Source of the DNA: Chloroflexota bacterium
GTDB lineage: Bacteria; Chloroflexota; Dehalococcoidia; Lucifugimonadales; UBA3495
Direction of reading: 5' to 3'
Length of the DNA: 33,640 nucleotides
Assembly: GCA_022562335.1 (NCBI GenBank)
Contig: JADFPM010000001.1
Coordinates: forward strand, 1-33,640
The translations under genes were made by a program, and so were the position numbers. Every line of letters begins with the position of its first letter. Position 1 is the first letter of the stretch. The notes beneath the pieces are model-generated. The model made no database searches and was not told where the DNA came from. It was given only the letters and a program-made list of their open reading frames with translations. This document shows, in pieces, positions 8,598 to 19,131 of this stretch.

Positions 8598-8606
8598 TGA
8601 TAATAT
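8598..8606 (+). promoter_or_regulatory. Extended -10 element (TGATAATAT) upstream of ligA
   Basis: TGnTAATAT at 8598..8606 in the divergent MFS/ligA intergenic region. A weak TTGTTC lies 15 nt upstream. Confidence 0.4.
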
Positions 8607-8608
8607 GA

Positions 8609-10675
<2,067 letters not shown>

Positions 10676-10843
10676 TAGCAGGACCTGGTCCTGGGACATC
10701 TCGGCGGCGCACCCAGGCTGCGGCCGTCCAGTTGAACCGTCCGGTGTCGAATGTTTCCAAGCAGATTGATTCTGACCCCGCCTTTTTTAAAAAACGGGCA
10801 CGGAAAGGCCACGGGGTAAAGAACGGTCGAAGGGGTCAATGAT

Positions 10844-12898
10844 TTGACTTTGTACGGCGAACCCAGGGTCTGGCTGGAACAATTCCCCGAGGGACAAGCC
10901 ACCCAGATATATTGCGGCCACTTGGGACTTAGATACCCCGGCGAAGTCATCCGCGCGGCATCTTGGTCTCCTGCCTGGGGCGAGCCCCTCGATCAAGATG
11001 TTTATTTCCGAATCGTAATCATCAACCGCCGTAGGGGTACATTGCGCCCCCGAATCGGAGACGCGAGGATCGCGGTTTGTTTTCCCGGCGCCACGTCGTC
11101 CCGGCGGCGCACCGGCTTCATAGGTGAACTGGCCTCCATCCGTGAGACCCAGGCCATCTACCTATCGTCGGGCGGCATCGACGCCGACTTGATAAGGACA
11201 ACGCTGCGAAGGCGCCAGGAAGGTTTGGAACGAGAGCTCTTGGGAGAGGAATCGGTGCGCTATTCCCAAGGCGCCTTGTTGACCGGGGCAAATGCGACGA
11301 TAGACGCCTCGGATGCCGCCGGGATCTTTGCCGGCATCGACCCCAACGAATGGTTCCAACGATTGGCCGGGCGGTTGCTGGACCAAGCCTACCCCACGCT
11401 TCCGGTGGATCTATCGCGTCTTAACCGGACCATGACACCTGAAGACGTGCCGGAACTTCACCGCGCCATATTCGGCCATGCCGGTGGAGATCCGGGCGTG
11501 TTATCGGCATTTGGCCCCGCATTGGAGCTTTCCAGCCAGGCCGCTCCGGGGGAATTCGATGCGTCCCACTGCCGGGTTTTCGACCTGCTGCGGGAATGGT
11601 TTTCCCGGCAATCCCAGCGGACCGATTGGCAAGCAGCCCATCGCTATTTGGCCCATGAAATCGGCCTTACCGGCCCTTTGGCGCATCTATACCTGTTGTT
11701 ATTCGTGCACTGCGGATCTCCCCCGATGGAGATCAAGCTGACATCGCGGGACGGCGTGCCGGTGGTGGACGGCTCCCCGTTGCTCACCCGCCGTTTGACC
11801 AATGACCTGATCCCGCTGCTGCTATGGGACCCGGCCATACCGGGACCCGGCGCCCAGATCGGCCGGGAATCCAGCCCGGAGTGGGAAGACACGCTTCAGC
11901 ACCTGTCCCAACTGTCTCCCAGTTTGGCAGCCCACATTCATGGGACCGAAACAGCAACGGCTGAAGCCGTGTTGGCCCACGACCTAGAGTCTTTATCTCA
12001 GGAATTGTCCCAATCCCACAGCCTCCTGGCCCAACTCTACCAGGCAACAGGCCAACCGGAATTCCCCGAACTTGCGGACACCTTGGAAAGACTTGCCGCC
12101 GTACTGGGTGAAGCCCGCGCCGGGTTCGTTGCGGTGTACCGGCGGATCAGAGAAACCTATCCCACCCCTGTGTCGCTGAAGGAAGATATCTCGATAATGC
12201 ACCGGGTGGCGGAGATGGGCCGGTTCTTTCCCGAGATATTGGAACTCCGCTCTTATCTGGAAAGAGGGGTAATCCCATCTTCGACAATGCCTGACCTATG
12301 GGTTGAAAGCCAGGGATTGCAGGCAGCCTTGTCGGTGAGCAGTTTGATTCACCCGGCGGGCCGAACCAGGGAGTCGTTGATCCAAGAGATAGAGGGTTTC
12401 AAGTCGGCCTACGGGGATGTCTACCGGTCCCACCACACCCAGTTGCATCAGGAATTGCCGGCTTATCGACGAAACCTGGCGGCGGCAAGGCAAAAATCCC
12501 AGGCCCTCGCACTTTTAAATGCCATCCCTGAATTGCCCGGCGCCGAGGGATTGGGCCTGGCCGATTCACTGGAGCAGATCAATGATGGTCCCTCCCCGTG
12601 CCCGGTTTCCGGCGAGGGGTTGGAGATGGAAGACAACCCCATTTGCGGCTCATGTGAGATAAATTTGGAAACCGCTCTGCCCTTGGAGGGATTGAACCAG
12701 ATAGGTGCAGCCATCGACGCCGCCCTTGCAATTCAGAATCAAAAATTGAGTAACCTGTTGGTGGGTAAAATCATGCAAAACGCCGACGCCCCCCGCCTGG
12801 ATGACCTGATCAAGATCGTGCAAACCAGCGATCTTTCAGCCCTGTCCAACACCATGAACCGGGATATGGCCGATTTCATCCACCGGATTTTGGCCTGA
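10844..12898 (+). CDS. Hypothetical protein, 684 aa, apparently helical and Leu/Ala-rich, with a C-terminal Cys cluster; function unknown
   Basis: Long open frame with GC3-rich codon usage like its neighbours. The TTG start is preceded by AGGGG 7 nt upstream, and an in-frame stop at 10772 excludes earlier starts. The stop lies 2 nt before the pth ATG. I recognise no catalytic or nucleotide-binding motif. There is a C-x14-C-x2-C cluster (CPVSGEGLEMEDNPICGSC). Confidence 0.7.
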   Translation: MTLYGEPRVWLEQFPEGQATQIYCGHLGLRYPGEVIRAASWSPAWGEPLDQDVYFRIVIINRRRGTLRPRIGDARIAVCFPGATSSRRRTGFIGELASIRETQAIYLSSGGIDADLIRTTLRRRQEGLERELLGEESVRYSQGALLTGANATIDASDAAGIFAGIDPNEWFQRLAGRLLDQAYPTLPVDLSRLNRTMTPEDVPELHRAIFGHAGGDPGVLSAFGPALELSSQAAPGEFDASHCRVFDLLREWFSRQSQRTDWQAAHRYLAHEIGLTGPLAHLYLLLFVHCGSPPMEIKLTSRDGVPVVDGSPLLTRRLTNDLIPLLLWDPAIPGPGAQIGRESSPEWEDTLQHLSQLSPSLAAHIHGTETATAEAVLAHDLESLSQELSQSHSLLAQLYQATGQPEFPELADTLERLAAVLGEARAGFVAVYRRIRETYPTPVSLKEDISIMHRVAEMGRFFPEILELRSYLERGVIPSSTMPDLWVESQGLQAALSVSSLIHPAGRTRESLIQEIEGFKSAYGDVYRSHHTQLHQELPAYRRNLAAARQKSQALALLNAIPELPGAEGLGLADSLEQINDGPSPCPVSGEGLEMEDNPICGSCEINLETALPLEGLNQIGAAIDAALAIQNQKLSNLLVGKIMQNADAPRLDDLIKIVQTSDLSALSNTMNRDMADFIHRILA

Positions 12899-12900
12899 CC

Positions 12901-13485
12901 ATGCGAATCATCGTCGGTCTGGGCAATCCGGGTGACCGGCACCGGGACAGCAGGCATAATCTGGGTTTCCGGTGCGTCGATTTCATGTCCCGCCAGTGGG
13001 AGATTCCTTTTTCCGAACGCCGCGCCAAAGCGATGTTAGCCATAGGACGCCGCCATGAACGGGACGTTGTCTTGGTGAAGCCGCGGACTTTCATGAACAA
13101 TAGCGGGGAAGGAGTATCCTATCTGATCGACCGGTTCGGCGTCAGGGCCTCGGACATCCTCATCATCTATGATGACTTGGAGTTGGCGTTGGGCCGAATT
13201 CGAATACGAGTCCAAGGCAGCGGCGGTACCCACAACGGTATGCGCTCCATCGTATCCGCTTTGCAAACCCAGGAGATACCCAGATTAAGGGTGGGCATCG
13301 GCAGTCCACCCTTGGGCCAAGAGACCATCCCCTACGTGTTGGGCCGTTTCTCTAAAGATGAATCTGAAACTGTTTCGCGGTCGGTGGAATTGGCAGCCCA
13401 AGCCGTGGAATGCATTCTAGAAGAAAACATCGACGCTGCCATGAGCCGCTTCAACTCGGTTCAGCCTGAAAGTCAAACGAATTAG
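12901..13485 (+). CDS. pth: Peptidyl-tRNA hydrolase
   Basis: MRIIVGLGNPG...RHNLGF...KPRTFMNNSGE...DDLELALGRIRIR..GS.GGHNG are the canonical Pth blocks, including the catalytic His of HN.G. Confidence 0.95.
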   Translation: MRIIVGLGNPGDRHRDSRHNLGFRCVDFMSRQWEIPFSERRAKAMLAIGRRHERDVVLVKPRTFMNNSGEGVSYLIDRFGVRASDILIIYDDLELALGRIRIRVQGSGGTHNGMRSIVSALQTQEIPRLRVGIGSPPLGQETIPYVLGRFSKDESETVSRSVELAAQAVECILEENIDAAMSRFNSVQPESQTN

Positions 13486-13486
13486 C

Positions 13487-15490
13487 ATGATCACCCATTG
13501 CAGGGCCGCATTTGCAATCCTATTGGCAGCGGTGGCCATAACAGCCTGCAATAGCCAAACCAGCCCGGCGAACGGTGGAGACCCGCCCAACCTTCCCGGC
13601 GCATCCAGCGCGGGGCCGACGGCCCCAGTAACCGCCACAACTGGGACATCGGGCGTGATTTCGGGCAAATCCCTTTCGTCCCAACCAGAAAGGCCCCGAT
13701 CTTACCGCCCTCCGGCCACGGGCTTTGCCGAGGCGCCCGACCGCGACCTGTTCCAGTTGGCATCCGAACTGATCGACCCGGCCCTAAAAGACATTCCCAG
13801 GGTGGTGAACCCCCAGCCGGTAAGCTACCTCCGGGGGAGAATGGACACATTTTGGCTGATCGACCTGGCGGACCTGGAGATCTACCAAAGGCGCTTCGAA
13901 CTCATGTTGGTGACTCCCAACGCCTACTGGTATGTGGAAGAGGATAAACGGTTCGATCTTCAGGACCTGGAGCGATCGGCGGCCGTCTTCGAAGAAACCA
14001 TCTATCCCCGGGTGACCTCGGCCTTTGGCCGGGAGTGGAATCCCGGCGTCGACAATGACCCGCACCTAAACATTCTGAACGGGTTCTTGAAAGGGGCCGC
14101 GGGATACTACAGCTCCGGTGATGAATATCCCGAGGCTGTTTCCCCCTACAGCAACCAAAGGGAGATCATATATATCAACATGGGCGCTTACGCGCTGGAT
14201 TCGCCCGAATATCTGGAGGTCTTGGCCCACGAACTTCAGCACGCTATCCACTGGCGAGCCGACCCGTCCGAAGAGACCTGGGTGAATGAAGGATTATCGG
14301 AGTTTGCCACCGCCATCGCCGGATATCCTCCCCGTTCCATCTACAGATTCCTCTCGTCGAGTCCGACATCCGTGTTGCATTGGCCCCTTAGCGGTGTTGG
14401 CGGCCAAGCCAGCTACGGCGGCGCATCTCTGTTCATGCATTATCTGATCGAGCACTACGGTGATCCAACGGACCTCAAGCCGTTGTTGGAACAACCGGAA
14501 GACGGGATCGCCGGAATAGAAGCCTATTTAGCAGAATTGGGCCGCAAGGCGGATTTCGGCGAGGTCTTCGGGAACTGGATGGCGGCCAACGTCTTGGATC
14601 TGGAATCGGGACCTTACTCCTACCCCAACCTGGAAGTCCAAAGCCGGGTCCACCGGTTCATCAACCCCGGCGGCACGCTGGAATCTTCCATTCCCCAATA
14701 CGCCCCGGAATACCTGCGCGTCACTCTCCCCGCCGGACCCTTGCTATTGGCCTTCCGCGCGCCCGCCGAGACCCCATTGTTGCCGGTGGATGTGGGGGCT
14801 GAGGGCTGTTGGTGGAGCAACTCCGGCGACTCCATCGATTCCACCTTGACCCGCGCATTGGACCTGCGCGGGGACCTGACCGGCGCGTCCAGGCCCACAC
14901 TGGATTACCAGGTGTGGTACGACGTGGAAGAAAACTGGGATTACGTCTATCTGGAGGTTTCGGAAGACGGTGGAGCGACTTGGGACATCATAGATACCCC
15001 CAACGCTTCCCCAGCCAACCCGGTTGGTAACGGATACGGCCCGGGGTACACCGGCTCCAGCAACGGATGGCTTAACCAATCCATCGACCTGACTCCCTAC
15101 GCCGGTAAAGATGTCCAATTGCGTTTCCAGTACGTCACGGACGACGCGATCAACGGCTCCGGCCTGTGCCTGCGCCGGTTTTCTCTCTCCCTTGACTCAT
15201 CCGCCGGTGCGCCTTATATGGCACTCTCCGCTGACGGCTGGAACCCCCAGGGGTTTATTGCCATAGACAACCGGGTGCGCCAAGACTTCATAGTAAAGGT
15301 GATCTGGGAAAGCCAACCAGCCCGGGTCGAGGACCTGGATTTGAAAATGAGCGAATCCGGAGATTGGATAGGGGAGTTGTTGGTCGAGGGTGCCGGCGAA
15401 ACCCATAGCCTGATAGTCGCCGTCGCCGCCTTGGCGCCCAAGACCAGGCTGCATGCCGGCTACACTTTCACGGTAACGGCGGCCCCATAA
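13487..15490 (+). CDS. Secreted lipoprotein zinc metalloprotease (gluzincin: HExxH plus a downstream NEGxSE) with an InhA/M6-like C-terminal beta domain
   Basis: Signal peptide with lipobox AITAC. Zinc motif VLAHELQHAIHW followed 15 residues later by WVNEGLSEFA, giving the third ligand Glu as in M1-like gluzincins. The C-terminal part, DYVYLEVSEDGGATWDII...GWLNQSIDLTPYAGKDVQLRFQYVTDD, resembles the domain of immune-inhibitor-A type peptidases. Confidence 0.78.
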   Translation: MITHCRAAFAILLAAVAITACNSQTSPANGGDPPNLPGASSAGPTAPVTATTGTSGVISGKSLSSQPERPRSYRPPATGFAEAPDRDLFQLASELIDPALKDIPRVVNPQPVSYLRGRMDTFWLIDLADLEIYQRRFELMLVTPNAYWYVEEDKRFDLQDLERSAAVFEETIYPRVTSAFGREWNPGVDNDPHLNILNGFLKGAAGYYSSGDEYPEAVSPYSNQREIIYINMGAYALDSPEYLEVLAHELQHAIHWRADPSEETWVNEGLSEFATAIAGYPPRSIYRFLSSSPTSVLHWPLSGVGGQASYGGASLFMHYLIEHYGDPTDLKPLLEQPEDGIAGIEAYLAELGRKADFGEVFGNWMAANVLDLESGPYSYPNLEVQSRVHRFINPGGTLESSIPQYAPEYLRVTLPAGPLLLAFRAPAETPLLPVDVGAEGCWWSNSGDSIDSTLTRALDLRGDLTGASRPTLDYQVWYDVEENWDYVYLEVSEDGGATWDIIDTPNASPANPVGNGYGPGYTGSSNGWLNQSIDLTPYAGKDVQLRFQYVTDDAINGSGLCLRRFSLSLDSSAGAPYMALSADGWNPQGFIAIDNRVRQDFIVKVIWESQPARVEDLDLKMSESGDWIGELLVEGAGETHSLIVAVAALAPKTRLHAGYTFTVTAAP

Positions 15491-15533
15491 CGGTCCGCTG
15501 GGCATAGCAAGCTGTAGATCACTATATATCTTC

Positions 15534-16184
15534 CTAGTCTTGCCCCACCGCCGGTGCGTCCTGGGAAGGTGGGTCTTCGCCTTGGTTTACCGGAAGGACC
15601 GGGATGGGTTCGGCAGGAGTAAGCTGGCCCAAGATTTCCACCTGGCGGGCCAGCCGTTGCAAATCGGAAAAGACTTCGCGGTATTCGCTTACCACCTGCA
15701 CTTGTTGGGTAAGTTGCTGCTGGAAAAACCGGTTTAAGGCGGTGACTTCACGCACCCTCTGTTCCAACTGGGTGGTCTGGTTCTTGACCAGGTCGTCCAG
15801 GTGGTTGGTTAGCTGTTTCATGGCGATGGCGTTTCTGACCACCCCGCGCACTTCGTACAAGTTGAATGGTTTTTTCAAGAAAACGGTGACCCCAGCCTCG
15901 TAACACTCCTTCACCGCATCGGCGTTGCCATGGCCCGTCAGGACTATCACCGAATAAGGGTCGGTGGGTTTTAAACGTATTTTGGATAGGAATTCCAGGC
16001 CATCCATCACCGGCATCCTAAGGTCCAGGATTATCACCGTGGGAGTCCGTTCTTGGATCCGGGAAAGGCCGTCTTGCCCGTTTCCGGCGAATACCAGATC
16101 GTAGCCTTCTCGCTTCAAATCTTCAGCTACCGCCTCCCTAACCGCGTCTTCGTCGTCGATGACCAGCACGCTAGGAGTTGACAT
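15534..16184 (-). CDS. Response regulator with a REC domain plus a C-terminal coiled-coil and no recognisable DNA-binding output
   Basis: VLVIDDEDAV...IILDLRMPVMDG...VIVLTGHG...FLKKPF are the REC acidic pocket, phospho-Asp, Thr and Lys. The remaining 90 or so residues are heptad-like (LVKNQTTQLEQRVREVTALNRFFQQQLTQQVQ). AAGGAG lies upstream of the ATG. Confidence 0.9.
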   Translation of the reverse strand: MSTPSVLVIDDEDAVREAVAEDLKREGYDLVFAGNGQDGLSRIQERTPTVIILDLRMPVMDGLEFLSKIRLKPTDPYSVIVLTGHGNADAVKECYEAGVTVFLKKPFNLYEVRGVVRNAIAMKQLTNHLDDLVKNQTTQLEQRVREVTALNRFFQQQLTQQVQVVSEYREVFSDLQRLARQVEILGQLTPAEPIPVLPVNQGEDPPSQDAPAVGQD

Positions 16185-19125
16185 CGTGTACTCCTTCGCC
16201 AGGTAATGTTATCGTCACAGTGGTCCCTTGGCCCGGTTCTGACTCACAGGTTATGGATCCGTGGTGGTCTCGGACTATGCCGTAGGCTATGGCCAGGCCC
16301 AAGCCGGTGCCCTGGCCAACACCCTTGGTGGTGAAAAACGGATCATAGATCTTTGGCAGTATATCTGGTGAGATTCCCACCCCGTTGTCATAAAACACCA
16401 CATCGGCCGCGGCACCACCGTTGGCCGGACTTAACGTGACGCTGATCTGGGCATCACCCCGCCGTTCTGCCAGCGCATCTAAAGAATTCTGTAGCAGGTT
16501 GATAAAAACCTGTTCCAATTGGCTGGCATTTCCAATGACCCGGGGCAATCCGGGGTCAACGCGCAATGAGAGGTCGATGTTCCTGGCCATAAGACGTTCT
16601 TTCAACAATAACATGGTGTTGTCCAGAATTTCTTCGAGATTCAAAGGCTCCATTTCAGAATTGTCGCTACGGCCAAAAATGCGCAGATGCTCCACGATGT
16701 TGGTGATCCTGTCCACTTGCCTGCGGGACTCGGAAAGCCGGTGAGCCATCCGCTCTTGATCCAAGTCGTTTAAAGCCAGGTCTTCTTGGAAGGCCTGGAT
16801 CATGGTGTTGATATAGGTCAGAGGTTGATTTATCTCGTGGGCGACACCGGTAGCCACCTCGCCCAAGGTCGCCAATTTTGACTGGGCCAGCGCCCGCAAC
16901 TCCATCGCCATTCTCTCTTCTTCCGCCACGATGCGAGGGCTGATGTCCTGGGCCACCACGATCACACCGATGGCATTGCCGGCCGCCCCTTTCACCGGGG
17001 TGACGGTGAGGTTGACATGGAATTCTTCTCCATTTTTTCTCGACTGGATGGTTTCTCCCCGCCACGCTTCGACAACCGGCGTTTGAACACTTTCCAAGCC
17101 CAGGTCCCAGGATGATTTCACGCCGGGAATGATCTCGCCGACAGGGTGGCCCAACACCTCATCGGCGGCATACCCGAACATGTCCTCAAAGGCGTGGTTA
17201 GTGAACCTGATGTGTCCTTCCAGGTCCGAGAAGATCACGGCGTCTCCGATCGCCTCCAACGCCTGGGCCGTCTGTTGGACCTGATCAAACAGCAATGAGT
17301 TTTCCACCGCAGGCGCGATCTGGTTCGCCAACCGCTCCACGATGCTTTGTTCGTTTGGCCCGTAGGCTCCTACATGCCGGCTGCGTAGGGTTAACCCTCC
17401 TACCACCAGGGCGTTGGATACCAGCGGCACAACCATTGAGGAGATCAGGCCAACGCCGATGTACTCCTGATCCAATTCAAATGCTGGAGCAGTTCTAAGG
17501 TCCCGTACCACGATGGTTTTACCGGTGGCTATCAAGTCCCGGGCCCGGGTGTTTTCCAGGCGCCTGATGGCGCCAGCCCTGGTCTTCGGCGTACTCACAC
17601 CCGATACGTATTTGAGTTCGGAAGTCCCGGCGTCTTGGTCAATGATATGCACAGCAATCCTGTCGAAAGCCACAAGTTTTTTAACTTCGGCGGCGAACTG
17701 CTCGTAGACATAGTCGATATCCAATGTCGAGGTGATGATTCGCGAAATTTCATCCACCAACGCCAGCTCCTCCACGTTGGCCTGAAGTTCCTGGGACAAA
17801 CTGGCGCTATTTAGCAAAGCGCCCAAACCATCCACGATGGCGGTGAGCAACTTGACCCGCTGGGGTGTGAAATGGTCCCTTTCCGTGGACACCACATCGA
17901 TGACGCCCAGGATCTTATCGCCTCCATTCATTATGGGTAGAAAAACTCCGGATTTGAACCCTTGCGCCACGGCGTGGGGATCGGCCCGCGGATGGAGGTC
18001 GTATTCATTTACCACCAGAAGTTCCTGCTTTGAAAGGGCCAGGGCGGTAAGGCCTTGGCTGAGCGGTAAGGCCGCCGGCCGGTCGAATCTATGCTCGCCA
18101 GCCGCCGCCTCAAGTTCCAATGATTCGCCGGTGGAGTCGAGGACCCTCAGGGTAGCAAGGTCCGCCGAAACGACCTGCACCAGCTTTTCCATGATTGCGT
18201 CGCACTTGTTCTGAAAGGTGTTTTCCCGAGCCATGATATCGGCGACGTTGATTAGGGTCTCAAGCTCCTGATTGCGCTGCCACAGGTCTTCCTCGGCCAA
18301 TTTCCGTTCTATGATTTCGTTTTCAAGGCCCCGTGTCGTCCTGGTCAACTCTTCAGTGCGTTGGTCCACCTGATCTTCCAAATTGGAATAAAGGCCTCTC
18401 AACTCTCCGCGCATCCACTCCAGCGAAACGCCCAACTGCCGGACCTCCTTGGGGCCCTTGGCAGGTACCGGCAGGTCCAGGTTCCCACCCCCCATATCCG
18501 AGGCGGCAGACGACAGGGTCCGTAGCGGCCTGGTCGCGTACCGGGCCACCAAGAAAGACAGGGCCACCGATACCCCGACCAAGACCAGCCCTTGCCAGAT
18601 ATGCTCAAACATAATGACGTTGATCTCGTCACGCAGCGACCCAGTACTGAATGCGAAGTGGACGATCCCCACGGCCTGTTCCCCAGCCATTAGGGCTGCG
18701 GATACCACCAGATCGTGGTCCATATATCTCAGTTGCGGTTGGCCGCCGGCGGCAAGGGTCTCGGCCAGGCCTTTGGGCAGCTCTCCACTGGGATAATCCG
18801 ATTGGCGGGTGTCCACCAGAACGCTGCCGTCGGGCCGAAAGACCTGGATGTACTCCAGGTCAGGCTGGCTCTCCACCACGGTGGTCACCAGATCATCCAC
18901 GAGGTCCACGTCAATAAAATAAAGGGGATCGACCAGAACATCCCCCAGGGTCCCGGCCAGGGATAGGCCCCGCTGCTCCAGGTTTTCGCGGGAGATCGAG
19001 CGTTCCCGCCGGATGTCGACCAAAGTGATCAAGGTCATCATCAGGACAATGACCGCCGCCATGCCGGCGGTGAAGACCCACGCCATGCTCCAGTGAAAAC
19101 TCAATTTGGAGATAATGTTGGACAC
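16171..19125 (-). CDS. Multidomain sensor histidine kinase (2 TM with a periplasmic loop, HAMP, coiled coil, 2 x GAF, PAS, HisKA, HATPase_c)
   Basis: H-box GVAHEINQPLT, N-box LLQNSLDA, G1 YDNGVGI and G2 GQGTGLGLAI. The PAS region has AVIFSDLEGHIRFTNHAFEDMFGY. Two GAF-like segments precede it. The 3' end overlaps the regulator start by 14 nt. The start is GTG 19125 (alternative ATG 19086). Confidence 0.9.
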   Translation of the reverse strand: MSNIISKLSFHWSMAWVFTAGMAAVIVLMMTLITLVDIRRERSISRENLEQRGLSLAGTLGDVLVDPLYFIDVDLVDDLVTTVVESQPDLEYIQVFRPDGSVLVDTRQSDYPSGELPKGLAETLAAGGQPQLRYMDHDLVVSAALMAGEQAVGIVHFAFSTGSLRDEINVIMFEHIWQGLVLVGVSVALSFLVARYATRPLRTLSSAASDMGGGNLDLPVPAKGPKEVRQLGVSLEWMRGELRGLYSNLEDQVDQRTEELTRTTRGLENEIIERKLAEEDLWQRNQELETLINVADIMARENTFQNKCDAIMEKLVQVVSADLATLRVLDSTGESLELEAAAGEHRFDRPAALPLSQGLTALALSKQELLVVNEYDLHPRADPHAVAQGFKSGVFLPIMNGGDKILGVIDVVSTERDHFTPQRVKLLTAIVDGLGALLNSASLSQELQANVEELALVDEISRIITSTLDIDYVYEQFAAEVKKLVAFDRIAVHIIDQDAGTSELKYVSGVSTPKTRAGAIRRLENTRARDLIATGKTIVVRDLRTAPAFELDQEYIGVGLISSMVVPLVSNALVVGGLTLRSRHVGAYGPNEQSIVERLANQIAPAVENSLLFDQVQQTAQALEAIGDAVIFSDLEGHIRFTNHAFEDMFGYAADEVLGHPVGEIIPGVKSSWDLGLESVQTPVVEAWRGETIQSRKNGEEFHVNLTVTPVKGAAGNAIGVIVVAQDISPRIVAEEERMAMELRALAQSKLATLGEVATGVAHEINQPLTYINTMIQAFQEDLALNDLDQERMAHRLSESRRQVDRITNIVEHLRIFGRSDNSEMEPLNLEEILDNTMLLLKERLMARNIDLSLRVDPGLPRVIGNASQLEQVFINLLQNSLDALAERRGDAQISVTLSPANGGAAADVVFYDNGVGISPDILPKIYDPFFTTKGVGQGTGLGLAIAYGIVRDHHGSITCESEPGQGTTVTITLPGEGVHDVNS

Positions 19126-19131
19126 CGCCGG

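Noticed and set aside
10676-10843. Terminator after ligA (CAGGAC-CTG-GTCCTG at about 10680 and a CCGCC-TTTTTT tract at about 10776)
   Set aside because: The first hairpin has a 3-nt loop and no T-tract. The T-tract has no convincing preceding stem. I cannot support a terminator call.
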